A DNA stretch of 64,000 bases, taken from Methanobacteriota archaeon. GTDB lineage: Archaea > Thermoplasmatota > Thermoplasmata > SG8-5 > DAIRED01. The notes below the pieces were generated by a model that made no database searches, had not been told where the DNA came from, and saw nothing but the letters and a program-made list of their open reading frames with translations. Location of the stretch: the NCBI GenBank assembly GCA_043799545.1, contig JAZDNO010000004.1, positions 64,001 through 128,000 of the forward strand. The letters are read 5' to 3'. The translations under genes and the position numbers were made by a program. Numbering within the stretch: position 1 is the first letter of the stretch; each line of letters starts with the position of its first letter. Shown piece by piece: positions 1-9,619 of this stretch.

Positions 1-363
1 CCGCTTCTTCGCAACGTCCAGCAGCTCTGTGCCGACCCCCATTCGCCTGCGCGACTCGTCGACTGAGATGTCCCAGACGCGGATGCTGTTGTTCCAAGCC
101 TGGTGCTCGATTTGGATCAGCCCGGCCTCGGTTCCGCCGGCGAACGCCGCATAGACCTCTGTCTCGCCTTTGTATGGCTTCAGCAGGGGCTCGTTGAGGT
201 CCTTGACGAACGTCTCTGGAAATGGCTCCTTCCGCAGGGCGATTTCCCACCCGTCGCTGGTGCGCTTCAAACTCAGCCGGTACGTTCCGTCCGACGTGTA
301 GGCGAAGTCGTCCATCTTCCCCGCCAGCTCGCCCTTGTCAAGCTTCCTGATTTCGATCTTCAA
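1..363 (-). CDS. GNAT-family N-acetyltransferase (streptothricin acetyltransferase-like), 3' end runs off the window
   Basis: Not in the ORF track; translated by hand from a TTG at 363 overlapping the TGA of the upstream ATPase: [26 protein letters not shown]...[26 protein letters not shown], with acetyl-CoA motif A (V..xRRxGxGxxL). Confidence 0.8.
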   Translation of the reverse strand, partial: MKIEIRKLDKGELAGKMDDFAYTSDGTYRLSLKRTSDGWEIALRKEPFPETFVKDLNEPLLKPYKGETEVYAAFAGGTEAGLIQIEHQAWNNSIRVWDISVDESRRRMGVGTELLDVAKKR

Positions 364-1466
364 GCAATGTCCTCGCCGTACTTCCTCACGAGCTTGCGGA
401 GCATCTCCGCGGAGAACGCCTCCTCCTCGAAGGGCTGCTTGCGCATGCGGTGCGGCAGCGCCATCTCCGCGGCCAGTACGACGTCCTCGACGGTCGTCTC
501 GTCGCGGCCCTCGAGCGCCGCGTTCGTCCTCGCCGAGCGCTCGATGATGATGTCCCCGCGATGGCCGTCGATGTTGAAGTCTATCCCCAGGCGCGTGATG
601 AGCTCGACGATTTTCATGGAAGTCTTTATCTTCGGGAGCCTCTCCATGGCCTCCAGGATGCGTTTGCGCAGCTCGTTCTGTGCGGGCTCCCACTTCTCCC
701 TGAATAAGACCGGGTCCTCCTGAAACTCGCGCGAGCGCTTGATTATCTCGACGCGCTTGTCAACTTCCTTGATGCCCTTGACCTCGGCCTGCAGCGCCAG
801 CCTGTCCAGGAGCTGCGGTCGTAGCTCCCCCTCCTCGGGGTTCATCGAGCCGATTATTACGAACTGAGACGGGTAGTTCAGGGAAATCCCCTCGCGCTCT
901 ATCGTCACCATCCCCATGGCTGCGGCATCCAGCAGGACGTCGACGACGTTGTCCTCCAGGAGGTTTATCTCGTCCACGTAGAGGATGTTGCGGTGCGCCT
1001 CCGCGAGGATTCCCGGCTCGAACGCCTCCACCCCCTCTTTGAGGACGCGCTCGATGTCTATCGCGCCGACGAGGCGGTCCTCCGTGATGTTGAGGGGCAG
1101 GTCGCACACGTTCATGTCCGTTTTCGTGGCCTTGAGCTCCCCCTTCTCGTGCTTCAGCTTGCACTCGTTGCAGAACTTCTCCGGCTTGTCGGTGGGGCGG
1201 CAGTTGAACTTGCAGCCCGTCACGTCCATCTTCGGAAGTATGTCCTGGAGCGCGCGCACCGCGATGGATTTGCCAGTCCCCTTCTCGCCCCTTATCAGCA
1301 CCCCCCCTATCTGGGGATTGACGACGTTGAGCAGCAGCGCCCTCTTGAGAACTTCCTGGCCGACTATGGCCGTGAACGGATAAATCCTCTCGGGCGAATG
1401 GCGCTTCCTCGAGCCCTGAACGGCCGGCGATGGTGTCTTTTTCTCCGTCCTCTTTTCGGGAGGCAC
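360..1466 (-). CDS. ChlI/BchI-like (Mg-chelatase subunit I family) AAA+ ATPase, catalytically intact
   Basis: PFTAIVGQ start, Walker A GEKGTGKS, Cys insert GCKFNC...CNEC, TEDRLVG, Walker [10 protein letters not shown], sensor/Arg-finger [22 protein letters not shown]. Confidence 0.92.
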   Translation of the reverse strand: MPPEKRTEKKTPSPAVQGSRKRHSPERIYPFTAIVGQEVLKRALLLNVVNPQIGGVLIRGEKGTGKSIAVRALQDILPKMDVTGCKFNCRPTDKPEKFCNECKLKHEKGELKATKTDMNVCDLPLNITEDRLVGAIDIERVLKEGVEAFEPGILAEAHRNILYVDEINLLEDNVVDVLLDAAAMGMVTIEREGISLNYPSQFVIIGSMNPEEGELRPQLLDRLALQAEVKGIKEVDKRVEIIKRSREFQEDPVLFREKWEPAQNELRKRILEAMERLPKIKTSMKIVELITRLGIDFNIDGHRGDIIIERSARTNAALEGRDETTVEDVVLAAEMALPHRMRKQPFEEEAFSAEMLRKLVRKYGEDIA

Positions 1467-1469
1467 GCC

Positions 1470-4331
1470 TCACCCCTTCCTGCCGTCGATGGACTCGCGC
1501 TCGCGCTGCTTCACGAGCTTGCGGAGCATCTCCTCGCTGAACTCCTCCTCCTCGTACGGGCGCCTGCGCATCCTGTGCGGCAAAGCCATCTCCGAGACGA
1601 CGACGATGTCCTCAGCCGCCACCTCAAGCCGTCCCTCGAATGCCGCGTTCGCCCGCGCCGCCCTCTCGATTATGATGTCCGCCCTGTGGCCGTCCACGTT
1701 GAAGTCTATGCACACCTGCGCTATCAAATCGTAGACGTGCTGAGGCGTCCTGACGTTGGGGAGTATCTCCCTCGCCTTCGTGATGCGCTCGCGCAGCTCC
1801 TGCCGCACTGGCTCGTGCTTGGCGCGGAATCCCTCCGGGTCGACTGTGAACTCCTCCCTCCGGCGCACGATGTCTATGCGAGACGTGACGTCCTGGATGC
1901 CGATGACGTCAGTTTGGAGCGCGATGCGGTCCAGTATCTGCGGCCTCAGCTCTCCTTCCTCTGGGTTCATCGAGCCGACGATGATGAACCTGGCCGGGTG
2001 CGAGAGGGAAATGCCCTCGCGCTCGACGTTCACGTTCCCGGACGAGGCCGAATCCAGCAATATGTCAACGATATAGTCGTCCAGCAAGTTTATCTCGTCC
2101 ACGTAAAGGATGCCTCGGTGCGCCTCCGCTAGGATTCCTGGCTCGAACGATTTTGTGCCTTCTGACAGAATCTTCTCTATGTCTATCGAACCGACGAGGC
2201 GGTCCTCCGTGATGTTCAGCGGCAGGTCAACGACCTGGACCTGGCGCGTGAAAGTCTCCAGCTTGCCTGCTTCGTAGCGAGCCGCGCACTCGGGGCAGAG
2301 CTTGTCCACCTCCTTGGGGTCGCAGATGAACTTGCATCCAGTCACTTCGATGTCCGGCAAGACCTCCGCCAAGCCGCGTACGCCGACGGACTTGCCCGTC
2401 CCCTTCTGTCCGCGTATGAGCACCCCTCCGACTTCCGGGTAGATGGCGTTGAGAATCATCGCCTTCTTCATCTTCTCCTGGCCGACGAGCGCGACGAACG
2501 GGAACAGCACGCGCTTCTGCTTGGTCTGCTCCACCATGCGGCCCGCCGCGGCCTTGAGCTTGAGCTTCTCCTCCTCCTCCAGGCGCTGGCGTATCTGGTT
2601 CTCCAGCTCCTGCTTCAGGTGCGAAAGCTCGCCTTCCTTCATGCGCAATTTTTCACGCGACTCGTCGAAGAGGTTGCGCTGGATTTCGAGGTCGGAGCGG
2701 GCCTTGATGAGGTCCTGCTCCTTCATCCTGATCTTTTCCTCCTCCTCCATCATGAACTCCTCGGTCTTGCGCTCGACCTCGGTCTGGACCAGGCTCTCCA
2801 TCTCCTGCTCCTTCATGTGGAGCTTCTCCTCCTCGGCTGCCAGGGCCTCGTTTTTCATTTCCAGCTCCGCCTGGATGGCAGAGACTTCTTGCTCCTTGAG
2901 GCGGACCTTCTCCTCCTCCTGCGCTATCTGCTCGGTCATGCTCTCGAGGCGCTGCTGGATTTCCTTCAGTTCCTCGTCCTTGAGGCGGAGGCGCTCCTCC
3001 TCCTCCTCGCGCATCTTCTCCATCTCCGTCTCCATGTCCGTCTTTATCTGGTCGATGTCGTTCTCCTTGTCCAGGTAAAGCTCGAAGTGCGCGCGGCCCG
3101 GGTCCTCGAGGACTGCCGGGTAGTTCATGTAGGCGATGAAGTCCAGGATTATCATCGTGGCGAGCACGATGATCATCACGATGCCGCCCAGGAGGTCGAT
3201 GGTTTCCGAACCGCCTTGCTGGTAAAACGCGGTGATGAATATCCCAATGAGCATGGCGAACGAGACCCAGATGCTGGCGAAGACGTTCAGCTTCGTGTCC
3301 CACGTGTGAAGAAGGGCGTCGACCGCGGTGATGATGACGGTTATCAGCAGCAGGTTGACCGTAATCGCCCCGCCCAGCATCGGCGCGAAGATCAGCATTG
3401 ACCGGGGTATCTTGTTGGAAATGTTGAACGTGAAGAGTATGAACTCGATGAACATGAACAGGGCGAGGAACGTGAAGAAGGTCACGGTGATGTTGCTGAC
3501 CCGGAAGTAGTTGAGGAACCCCTCGCTCTTCTCCTCCTCCAGCATCTCCTTAATCTTGCGCTTGCGCTCGTCCTTGCGCAGCTTGGCCCTCTCGCTCTCG
3601 TCCAGGTCATCGTCTTCCTCGAAATCGTCCCCGTCTTCCGCCGCTTCGTCCTCAGCGGTTTCGTCGCCCTCGCCATCGTCTTGCGGTTCGGCCTTCTTCT
3701 TGCCGAAACCGAAGCGTTTCTTCTTCGGAGCCTCCTCCTCGGCGACCTCCTCTTCCGCCGGTTCCCCGGATTCTGCATCATCCTCTTCCACGGCAATGTC
3801 TGGGGTTTCAGCGGCTTGTTCTTCTTCCCCGGCCGCCTTCTTCTTGCCGAAACCGAAGCGCTTTTTCTTCGGGGCTTCCGCCTCCTCAACGGTTTCAGGC
3901 TCCGCTTCAGGTTCTGCGGGGGCCTCTGGTGTCTTTGGTTTTTCCTCGGCTTTCGGCTCATCCTCTGGCACAGGCCCTGGTTTTCCCCCTCCCACGGAAC
4001 CCGCGTCCCAGCTCTCCTCAGTTTTCTTGATGGGATTGAAGCAGTTGGGGCAGATCTCGGCTATCTCGTCCACCCCTTTGCCGCATGAAGGGCATCTGAC
4101 GAAGTGCTCGAGGCTGGCGCTGCAGGATGGGCAGATCTTTGCCCCCGAGCCGACCAGCGTGCCGCACTCTGGGCAGCTCATCTGATCGCCGGGCACCTCG
4201 GCTGTAGGCACCCGCTCATGCGGCGCCTCCTGCGTTGCTGCGTCTTCAGGCAAATCTGCGCCGCAATTGGTGCACTGCGCCGCCTGGTCGTCGTAGTTGA
4301 CGGTTCCGCAATTCGAGCAGTAGCGCTCCAC
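1470..4331 (-). CDS. Membrane-anchored ChlI-like AAA+ ATPase: three double-Zn-ribbon units, acidic linker, 4 TM helices, long coiled coil, C-terminal intact AAA+ module
   Basis: CxxC pairs at N-terminus; two KKKRFGFGKKK repeats in an E/D-rich linker; four hydrophobic segments (~3120-3500); E/K/Q heptads (~2550-3060); [33 protein letters not shown] start. Confidence 0.88.
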   Translation of the reverse strand: MERYCSNCGTVNYDDQAAQCTNCGADLPEDAATQEAPHERVPTAEVPGDQMSCPECGTLVGSGAKICPSCSASLEHFVRCPSCGKGVDEIAEICPNCFNPIKKTEESWDAGSVGGGKPGPVPEDEPKAEEKPKTPEAPAEPEAEPETVEEAEAPKKKRFGFGKKKAAGEEEQAAETPDIAVEEDDAESGEPAEEEVAEEEAPKKKRFGFGKKKAEPQDDGEGDETAEDEAAEDGDDFEEDDDLDESERAKLRKDERKRKIKEMLEEEKSEGFLNYFRVSNITVTFFTFLALFMFIEFILFTFNISNKIPRSMLIFAPMLGGAITVNLLLITVIITAVDALLHTWDTKLNVFASIWVSFAMLIGIFITAFYQQGGSETIDLLGGIVMIIVLATMIILDFIAYMNYPAVLEDPGRAHFELYLDKENDIDQIKTDMETEMEKMREEEEERLRLKDEELKEIQQRLESMTEQIAQEEEKVRLKEQEVSAIQAELEMKNEALAAEEEKLHMKEQEMESLVQTEVERKTEEFMMEEEEKIRMKEQDLIKARSDLEIQRNLFDESREKLRMKEGELSHLKQELENQIRQRLEEEEKLKLKAAAGRMVEQTKQKRVLFPFVALVGQEKMKKAMILNAIYPEVGGVLIRGQKGTGKSVGVRGLAEVLPDIEVTGCKFICDPKEVDKLCPECAARYEAGKLETFTRQVQVVDLPLNITEDRLVGSIDIEKILSEGTKSFEPGILAEAHRGILYVDEINLLDDYIVDILLDSASSGNVNVEREGISLSHPARFIIVGSMNPEEGELRPQILDRIALQTDVIGIQDVTSRIDIVRRREEFTVDPEGFRAKHEPVRQELRERITKAREILPNVRTPQHVYDLIAQVCIDFNVDGHRADIIIERAARANAAFEGRLEVAAEDIVVVSEMALPHRMRRRPYEEEEFSEEMLRKLVKQRERESIDGRKG

Positions 4332-4333
4332 CC

Positions 4334-4999
4334 CTAATCTGCCTCCTCAGCGCCCTTGCGCTCTATCTTCTCGATCTTTCTGGCCAGCCTGTTGCTGAGG
4401 ACGCGCTTGTACAAAGTGAACCCGGCCGGTATGGCTGAGGCGGTCAGGGAGACCGCCACGAGCGCGTACACCTGGTACTCCTCTTGGATTATCGGCGGTG
4501 GCCTGTACTCGGAGGAGAACGGCCCCTCGTAGTATGCGGTCCTCCACGTATTGTCCGCGGCAAGGACCTTGATGGTCTTGCCCTGGAACTGCTCGAAGAC
4601 GAAGATTATTCGGATGGTGTTGTTCTTCACGTAATCGCCAACGAAGCGGTCGACTATGCATCTCCCCGCCTGGAGGGTGCCTCCCGCGTTGTCAACGAAT
4701 CTGTCGTTGACGTCGTAGGTCGTGTTCGTGTCGTGCTGGAAAAAGGTGACGTTCGCGACCTCGTCGCCGCTCCCGTCGATGACAAGCACATTCACGTTGT
4801 ATATGTCCAGCCCGCCGTTCTGGTCGTAAACCGTGACGTTGACTTCAACGTAATCCCCGTTCAATCCGACCCGGATGTCGCTGAACGTCGGGGGGATCCC
4901 CCAGACCCCCACGCCGCTCTGCGCTTTGGCGCCCTGAATGGCCAAGGCTAGAACGAACGTTGCGACTAGCGCCACGGCGAACATGCTCCTGGCCTTCAT
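4334..4999 (-). CDS. Secreted protein with signal peptide, beta-rich (Ig-like) domain and C-terminal membrane anchor
   Basis: N-terminal hydrophobic stretch ending AKA-Q; beta-strand pattern; C-terminal YALVAVSLTASAIPAGFTLY followed by basic tail. Confidence 0.75.
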   Translation of the reverse strand: MKARSMFAVALVATFVLALAIQGAKAQSGVGVWGIPPTFSDIRVGLNGDYVEVNVTVYDQNGGLDIYNVNVLVIDGSGDEVANVTFFQHDTNTTYDVNDRFVDNAGGTLQAGRCIVDRFVGDYVKNNTIRIIFVFEQFQGKTIKVLAADNTWRTAYYEGPFSSEYRPPPIIQEEYQVYALVAVSLTASAIPAGFTLYKRVLSNRLARKIEKIERKGAEEAD

Positions 5000-5004
5000 T
5001 TGCC

Positions 5005-6432
5005 CTATCCCCTCTTTCCTCGCCCCTTTTTCTTTTGCTTGCGCTGCTCTTTCTCCTTCTTTTTAAGGTTCGAGTAGTATGCCATGAAGCCGACGATCAC
5101 TGCCACGACCGCGACGATGGCGATGATGGCCATCCAATTGATTTCCACAGGCTCCTTGTAATCGGACGGCACTCTGTCAACTGTGACGGCGGTCGAGAAC
5201 AACTCCTCGCGCGCGGCCCCGCCGTCCGACCAGCCAAGAGTGTATATTATGCGCGCGGTGAACGCGGTCGTCGATGCCTTCTCCGCCTTGATTGTGATGC
5301 GAAGGTGCCTCTCAGTGACGTTCGAAAGGCTCAGCACGATGCTAGCCGGATCCACGGCCACGTCGTCGATTGTGGCGGAGGTAATCGTGATGTTGTCACC
5401 CACCAGCGAGAGCGTCGCGCTCCCCTCTCCAGTGAAGTACGCGTCTACGGTCGTGCTGTTGCCGAACTTCAGGAGCGGAACGTTTTTCACATACTGGACT
5501 ATGACCTTTCCAAAGTCCAGGAGGGTGTACCCGGTCCTCTGGACGTTGACGTTTATCGAGAATTGCTGCTCGAATGCGGGAACGAGCGCGACTGTCGCGG
5601 GGGTGATGAGGTACTTCGGCTCTCCGCGCACCGTCCCCGTGACCTTGAGCTCGCGCGGGCTCCATGCGGGGGCGGCGAAATCGATGAAATAGAATCGCTC
5701 CTCGCCGGGGTGGAAGATGGGGTAGTTGTCGCCGGCCTTCAGGGGCTCTGACTCGTTGTTCTTGTCCCACTTGAACCTGGTCGAGAAGTATTCGCCGAAG
5801 GGTTCAAAGCGAAGCGACAGCGTCAGCGGGACGTTCTCCACGTTGTTGGCCCTGACGTAGAAGCTCTGGTCCGCCGGGTCGAAGGACGAGACGCTCTGGG
5901 TCTGGAACGGCGACACGGCGAAGAAAAAGTCCGGCCTTGACAGGGAGAATCCGGATTCCGGCACCTCCACGACCACGTCGCCTGCCCAATCGAGAGCGCC
6001 GTCGACGTAGACTGTGAAGTTCCAGACGCCCGGAGTCGCCCTCGCGGACATTCCGACCGCGAATTTGTATATGTTGTTTGCTCCTATCGAGCACTGGCTG
6101 AGATTTACATACATCCCGTACTTCGCGTCCGACCAGACGCTGTTGACGCATGCCCAAGAATAGTAGTTGGTATCATCCTGGACGGCGGGAGCGGTCGCTC
6201 CCGGGTGGCATACGATGGTCACGTTCGCATGCGGCGCATCCAGCGAAACATCGATGGAGTGTATCACGCCAGCGACCATGATTGGAACTGTTCCGGCCGA
6301 AAACCTGAGGCTCTCGCCGGGTATGTAGAAGCTGACGGAGCTTACGGCGGCGGACGCGGGACCGGCCAATGGGGTCAGGGCCAAGAATCCGAGGGCCAGC
6401 AACACCAACACCGAGAGCGCTCGCATTCTCAT
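5005..6432 (-). CDS. Cell-surface protein with signal peptide, Ig-like beta-sandwich domains, C-terminal TM helix and Lys-rich tail
   Basis: ORF-track start 6456; ATG at 6432 follows GGAGGGG; signal peptide to ASA-A; WMAIIAIVAVVAVIVGFMAYY + KKKEKEQRKQKKK. Confidence 0.78.
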   Translation of the reverse strand: MRMRALSVLVLLALGFLALTPLAGPASAAVSSVSFYIPGESLRFSAGTVPIMVAGVIHSIDVSLDAPHANVTIVCHPGATAPAVQDDTNYYSWACVNSVWSDAKYGMYVNLSQCSIGANNIYKFAVGMSARATPGVWNFTVYVDGALDWAGDVVVEVPESGFSLSRPDFFFAVSPFQTQSVSSFDPADQSFYVRANNVENVPLTLSLRFEPFGEYFSTRFKWDKNNESEPLKAGDNYPIFHPGEERFYFIDFAAPAWSPRELKVTGTVRGEPKYLITPATVALVPAFEQQFSINVNVQRTGYTLLDFGKVIVQYVKNVPLLKFGNSTTVDAYFTGEGSATLSLVGDNITITSATIDDVAVDPASIVLSLSNVTERHLRITIKAEKASTTAFTARIIYTLGWSDGGAAREELFSTAVTVDRVPSDYKEPVEINWMAIIAIVAVVAVIVGFMAYYSNLKKKEKEQRKQKKKGRGKRG

Positions 6433-6469
6433 AGTTCGCCCCTCCAAAGCATACATGTCGTTAGAAGGC

Positions 6470-6486
6470 TTATTTATATAAAAAGG
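6470..6486 (-). promoter_or_regulatory. Archaeal TATA/BRE promoter for the 5005..6432 gene
   Basis: CCTTTTTATATAAATAAG on the minus strand ~20-25 nt upstream of the first ATG (6456). Confidence 0.6.
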
Positions 6487-6489
6487 TTA

Positions 6490-6497
6490 GCTATTAA
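6490..6497 (+). repeat. Left target-site duplication GCTATTAA
   Basis: Exact match to 14831-14838, immediately outside the inverted repeats. Confidence 0.95.
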
Positions 6498-6558
6498 GGT
6501 TCTGTTGCGTTTAAGGGTGCTATCACCCGCCGCTAGTGCCCTGTTGCACGGCGGGTGC
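6498..6558 (+). repeat. Left transposon end: terminal IR plus subterminal TGTTGC-Nx-GGGTG boxes
   Basis: TGTTGCGTTTAAGGGTG (6503-6519), TGTTGCACGGCGGGTGC (6542-6558), inverted CACCCGCC (6524-6531). Confidence 0.85.
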
Positions 6559-6632
6559 TGACCTCGATTAAAGGCATCCGAAAGTGGCTTATACGCGCTC
6601 CACGATGCCCGCAGCATAGGAGAGTGCTAGGG

Positions 6633-6941
6633 GTGCGATTGAGTATATTGGCCGTCGGAGTTGTAATCTTAGTGCTGGGTATGGTCGTCGCCTTATTGGG
6701 AATACAGGCCGACCTTGATAACCCCTATGTCACTATGCCAACCAGCAGTGGATATTCATACTACTACCCGCCAACGAGCATCGGTATGGCTGTGTTTGGC
6801 GCTTTAATGATGGCGGCGGGCACATTTTTCATGGGGTTGGGTGCTGGCATCCCCTCCCCCGTCAAATATACTTGTCCCAATTGTGGGGCAAAAGATTCGG
6901 CCAGTAATTTTTGTAAAGGCTGTGGTATGAAGTTGCGATAA
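6633..6941 (+). CDS. Small 2-TM membrane protein with C-terminal zinc ribbon (transposon cargo)
   Basis: Two hydrophobic helices then CPNCG...FCKGCG; start uncertain (track 6555, GTG at 6633 preferred). Confidence 0.65.
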   Translation: MRLSILAVGVVILVLGMVVALLGIQADLDNPYVTMPTSSGYSYYYPPTSIGMAVFGALMMAAGTFFMGLGAGIPSPVKYTCPNCGAKDSASNFCKGCGMKLR

Positions 6942-6984
6942 ACGGCCAGTAATACTTTGGGTGCAAGGCGCCCAATTTGCAATA

Positions 6985-7374
6985 CTATTTATTTTGTTTC
7001 TGTGCTTGCACCTTTGTGTAAATTTCGACTATCTGGTTGAAATTTCGTCTGTTCTTTAATTGTGCAACGATTTCATCTGTCTTTTTCAAATCACCAGATA
7101 GAATGCCTTGCTGGACCATTGTAACACAAACTTTCCACTCATTACAGTTCATCCATTCCTTTTGAAAAAACCACATCCAGAATAATGAAACCGCAATGCC
7201 TATCAAACCTAGCATCCACATGGGGAAATCCTGTAAGCATGCGATAACTGAGCCCACAAATAGCGATATTGATACGAGGAGTCGCTGATTGACTATGCCC
7301 AGAATTGAAACAGCGCTGGCGTGCTCACATTCCAGATACGACAACCAATCCTGCAAGGTTAATTTTTCTTCCAT
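6985..7374 (-). CDS. Small 2-TM membrane protein of unknown function (cargo)
   Basis: LLVSISLFVGSVIACL and WMLGLIGIAVSLFWMWFF helices; start at 7374 or 7389 avoids overlap with the upstream gene. Confidence 0.6.
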   Translation of the reverse strand: MEEKLTLQDWLSYLECEHASAVSILGIVNQRLLVSISLFVGSVIACLQDFPMWMLGLIGIAVSLFWMWFFQKEWMNCNEWKVCVTMVQQGILSGDLKKTDEIVAQLKNRRNFNQIVEIYTKVQAQKQNK

Positions 7375-7399
7375 CGCGGTCAAACCCATTTTATAGGCA

Positions 7400-7636
7400 T
7401 CATTTTTTCTTTTGATTGTATTGCTCTTCCCGAGCCAACCGTTCATAAGCCGCTCTTTTTCGCTCGGAAATTATTAGACAACTGGCTTCGACACTACCGC
7501 ACATCCTATTTGCCATCGAATTCCAGACACCATGATATACTTCAAGCCATGTGTATTTTGCCAATAAATATTTCAAATCTTTTATCATTTTATCGGCGAT
7601 TTCTCGGTCTTTTTGTTCAAAGGCTTTAATTTCCAT
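7400..7636 (-). CDS. Small helical hypothetical protein (cargo)
   Basis: RBS GAGGTGA precedes ATG at 7636, overlapping the stop of the upstream gene. Confidence 0.55.
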   Translation of the reverse strand: MEIKAFEQKDREIADKMIKDLKYLLAKYTWLEVYHGVWNSMANRMCGSVEASCLIISERKRAAYERLAREEQYNQKKK

Positions 7637-8354
7637 AATTTTCACCTCGCCCATAACGCCTTCTGACATCGTTTCCATCTAATTCAGAGCCACAATTGGA
7701 GCATTTATAATTCTTTCCCAGCCATTTAAGGTCGCCAACGCTGCAAACATGGCATTTTGGGCTACTCCCTTCCAATGGGTCTTTTAACTCACTACCGACC
7801 TCCGCCCCCCTTGACGGTAGCGCTTTTCTTTCGACTGTACCGCCCCTTACCATATATCCTTCTTCGACCCCACCGAGTTTACCCATTAACTCTGCGGGTT
7901 TTCTCCCCGATGGCATTTCAAGCTTTAATTCATGTGACCGTTTTACTTTGCTATAAAACGTTTTCCAGCATCGTAATACGTGCTTGTTTTGATAATCCTG
8001 CAAGTCATCGAATGTTGGCTCAAAATACTCATTATCGTCATTACATACAGTCAGGTATATCCCATACGAATGAAGATATTCCAGTACCTTACTATAAAAT
8101 TCTTCCTCATCCTCCACATGCTTTAATAGGTCTGGTTCGAGGAGCGTATAATACATGTATTTCGATAGTATGGCCTCACGAATCCCCCTTAATCCATTAT
8201 ATGCCCTATTATGGTCTTTAGTATTATCGGGGTCCCAACCGATTCCCCGAATCATGACCTCTAATGTGAACTTGTTCTCTGGCCCCCGGTCCCTAATCCA
8301 CCTCAGGATTTGGCGTCTAACTTTTCCCATCGCTATGGGTGTTTTTTTATTCAT
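7626..8354 (-). CDS. Hypothetical protein with putative N-terminal winged helix and C-terminal zinc ribbon (cargo)
   Basis: RBS GAGGTGG before ATG 8354; N-terminal RRQILRWIRDRG...F(T)LEVMIRGIG pattern; CHVC...YKCSNCG. Confidence 0.65.
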   Translation of the reverse strand: MNKKTPIAMGKVRRQILRWIRDRGPENKFTLEVMIRGIGWDPDNTKDHNRAYNGLRGIREAILSKYMYYTLLEPDLLKHVEDEEEFYSKVLEYLHSYGIYLTVCNDDNEYFEPTFDDLQDYQNKHVLRCWKTFYSKVKRSHELKLEMPSGRKPAELMGKLGGVEEGYMVRGGTVERKALPSRGAEVGSELKDPLEGSSPKCHVCSVGDLKWLGKNYKCSNCGSELDGNDVRRRYGRGENYGN

Positions 8355-8398
8355 TTTTACCACCTCTTCTTCCCACGGGGGCGTAGCAGATGATGCAA

Positions 8399-9385
8399 TT
8401 ACTCTTCTAGCGCCTCCCTAATTTGCTGGCATTTCTCCTCGATAGCATCTACCATTTTTATAATTTGTTGTTTTTGCTTGGGTATCAATTTTACGATGCG
8501 TTTATGATTGACTAATAAGATACGCTCACAACTTTTCTGAAACTCTTCGATAAACATTTGGTTTGAATCGTGCACTCTTGGTACATCTATGGCGGGTGTC
8601 TCGATTCCTTTTCTTTGGCTTACGCGAATATCCTCCACCCGCTCTTTTAATTCCCTATCTGAATAATCGTATTTCTTTACTTCATTGAGAACTACAATTT
8701 GTGTTTTTTCATCCTCGACTTCAGACAATATTTTTAATTTCTCAGGATTTAATGTTGATGTTTTACTAACAAATTCCTTTTGTACAGATTCCGGCGCTTT
8801 TTTCATTAGAGTAACCACATCGCCGACCTCGCTGGTTTGTATTTCGCCCTTTTCTACTCTCTTAAGAAATGATTCTCTTAGATTTTTTTCGGGTATTCGT
8901 GAGACTTCGTACAGTGATGATGTAGGCACCGAAGACGGCGTCTTCGCTTCATCCCTAATTTCTCTTGCTTTTAATATGTGCTGGATAGCGGTTTTATCGG
9001 AGTACCCCAGGGCATCTGCGAGGTCACCTTGATTTTTATATATGCCCGCCACCCATATTTCCTGTATCGCATGCTCCCTTTCAGTCGATGATAAATCTTG
9101 GCGATGTAAATTTTCTATAAGGGATTCCACCAGAACCTGGTTATCCGAAACGTTTTTTATTACTGCCGGGATTGTAGCTTTATTAGCTAGCTTACTGGCC
9201 CTCCAACGACGCTCACCACATATAATTTCGTACCTATTTCCTTTTTTTCTAACGACAATTGGTTGTAATATTCCATGAATTTTAATCGAATTGGCGAGTT
9301 CTTTAATATTCTCTTTTGTGAACTTCTCTCTCGGTTGCATCGGATTCGGCGTTAGCATCTCAATATCTAGTTCTTGATACTCCAT
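8399..9385 (-). CDS. parB: ParB/Spo0J-family protein (CTPase domain + HTH), no ParA in window
   Basis: PNPMQPR, LANSIKIHGILQPIVVR, ICGERRWRA, ENLHRQDL, then HTH (QGDLADALGYS). Confidence 0.9.
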   Translation of the reverse strand: MEYQELDIEMLTPNPMQPREKFTKENIKELANSIKIHGILQPIVVRKKGNRYEIICGERRWRASKLANKATIPAVIKNVSDNQVLVESLIENLHRQDLSSTEREHAIQEIWVAGIYKNQGDLADALGYSDKTAIQHILKAREIRDEAKTPSSVPTSSLYEVSRIPEKNLRESFLKRVEKGEIQTSEVGDVVTLMKKAPESVQKEFVSKTSTLNPEKLKILSEVEDEKTQIVVLNEVKKYDYSDRELKERVEDIRVSQRKGIETPAIDVPRVHDSNQMFIEEFQKSCERILLVNHKRIVKLIPKQKQQIIKMVDAIEEKCQQIREALEE

Positions 9386-9619
9386 GTTAAATTCCCCCGG
9401 ATACTCTGTTTAACGTACATCATCATACTCGTATAAATAACTACATTTCACCTTTCGACTACCCCTATTCGAATTTTACGAAGAGACGAACATCAATTTA
9501 GGAAGCATTCAGGGCTTTTATCACATTATTTTTCAAGGGAAACCGTAGTCAATCCCCCGATAAATATATATATTGCCTGTTTTTTCAGTAAATTATTTAT
9601 AGTAATGCTGCTTTAACCG

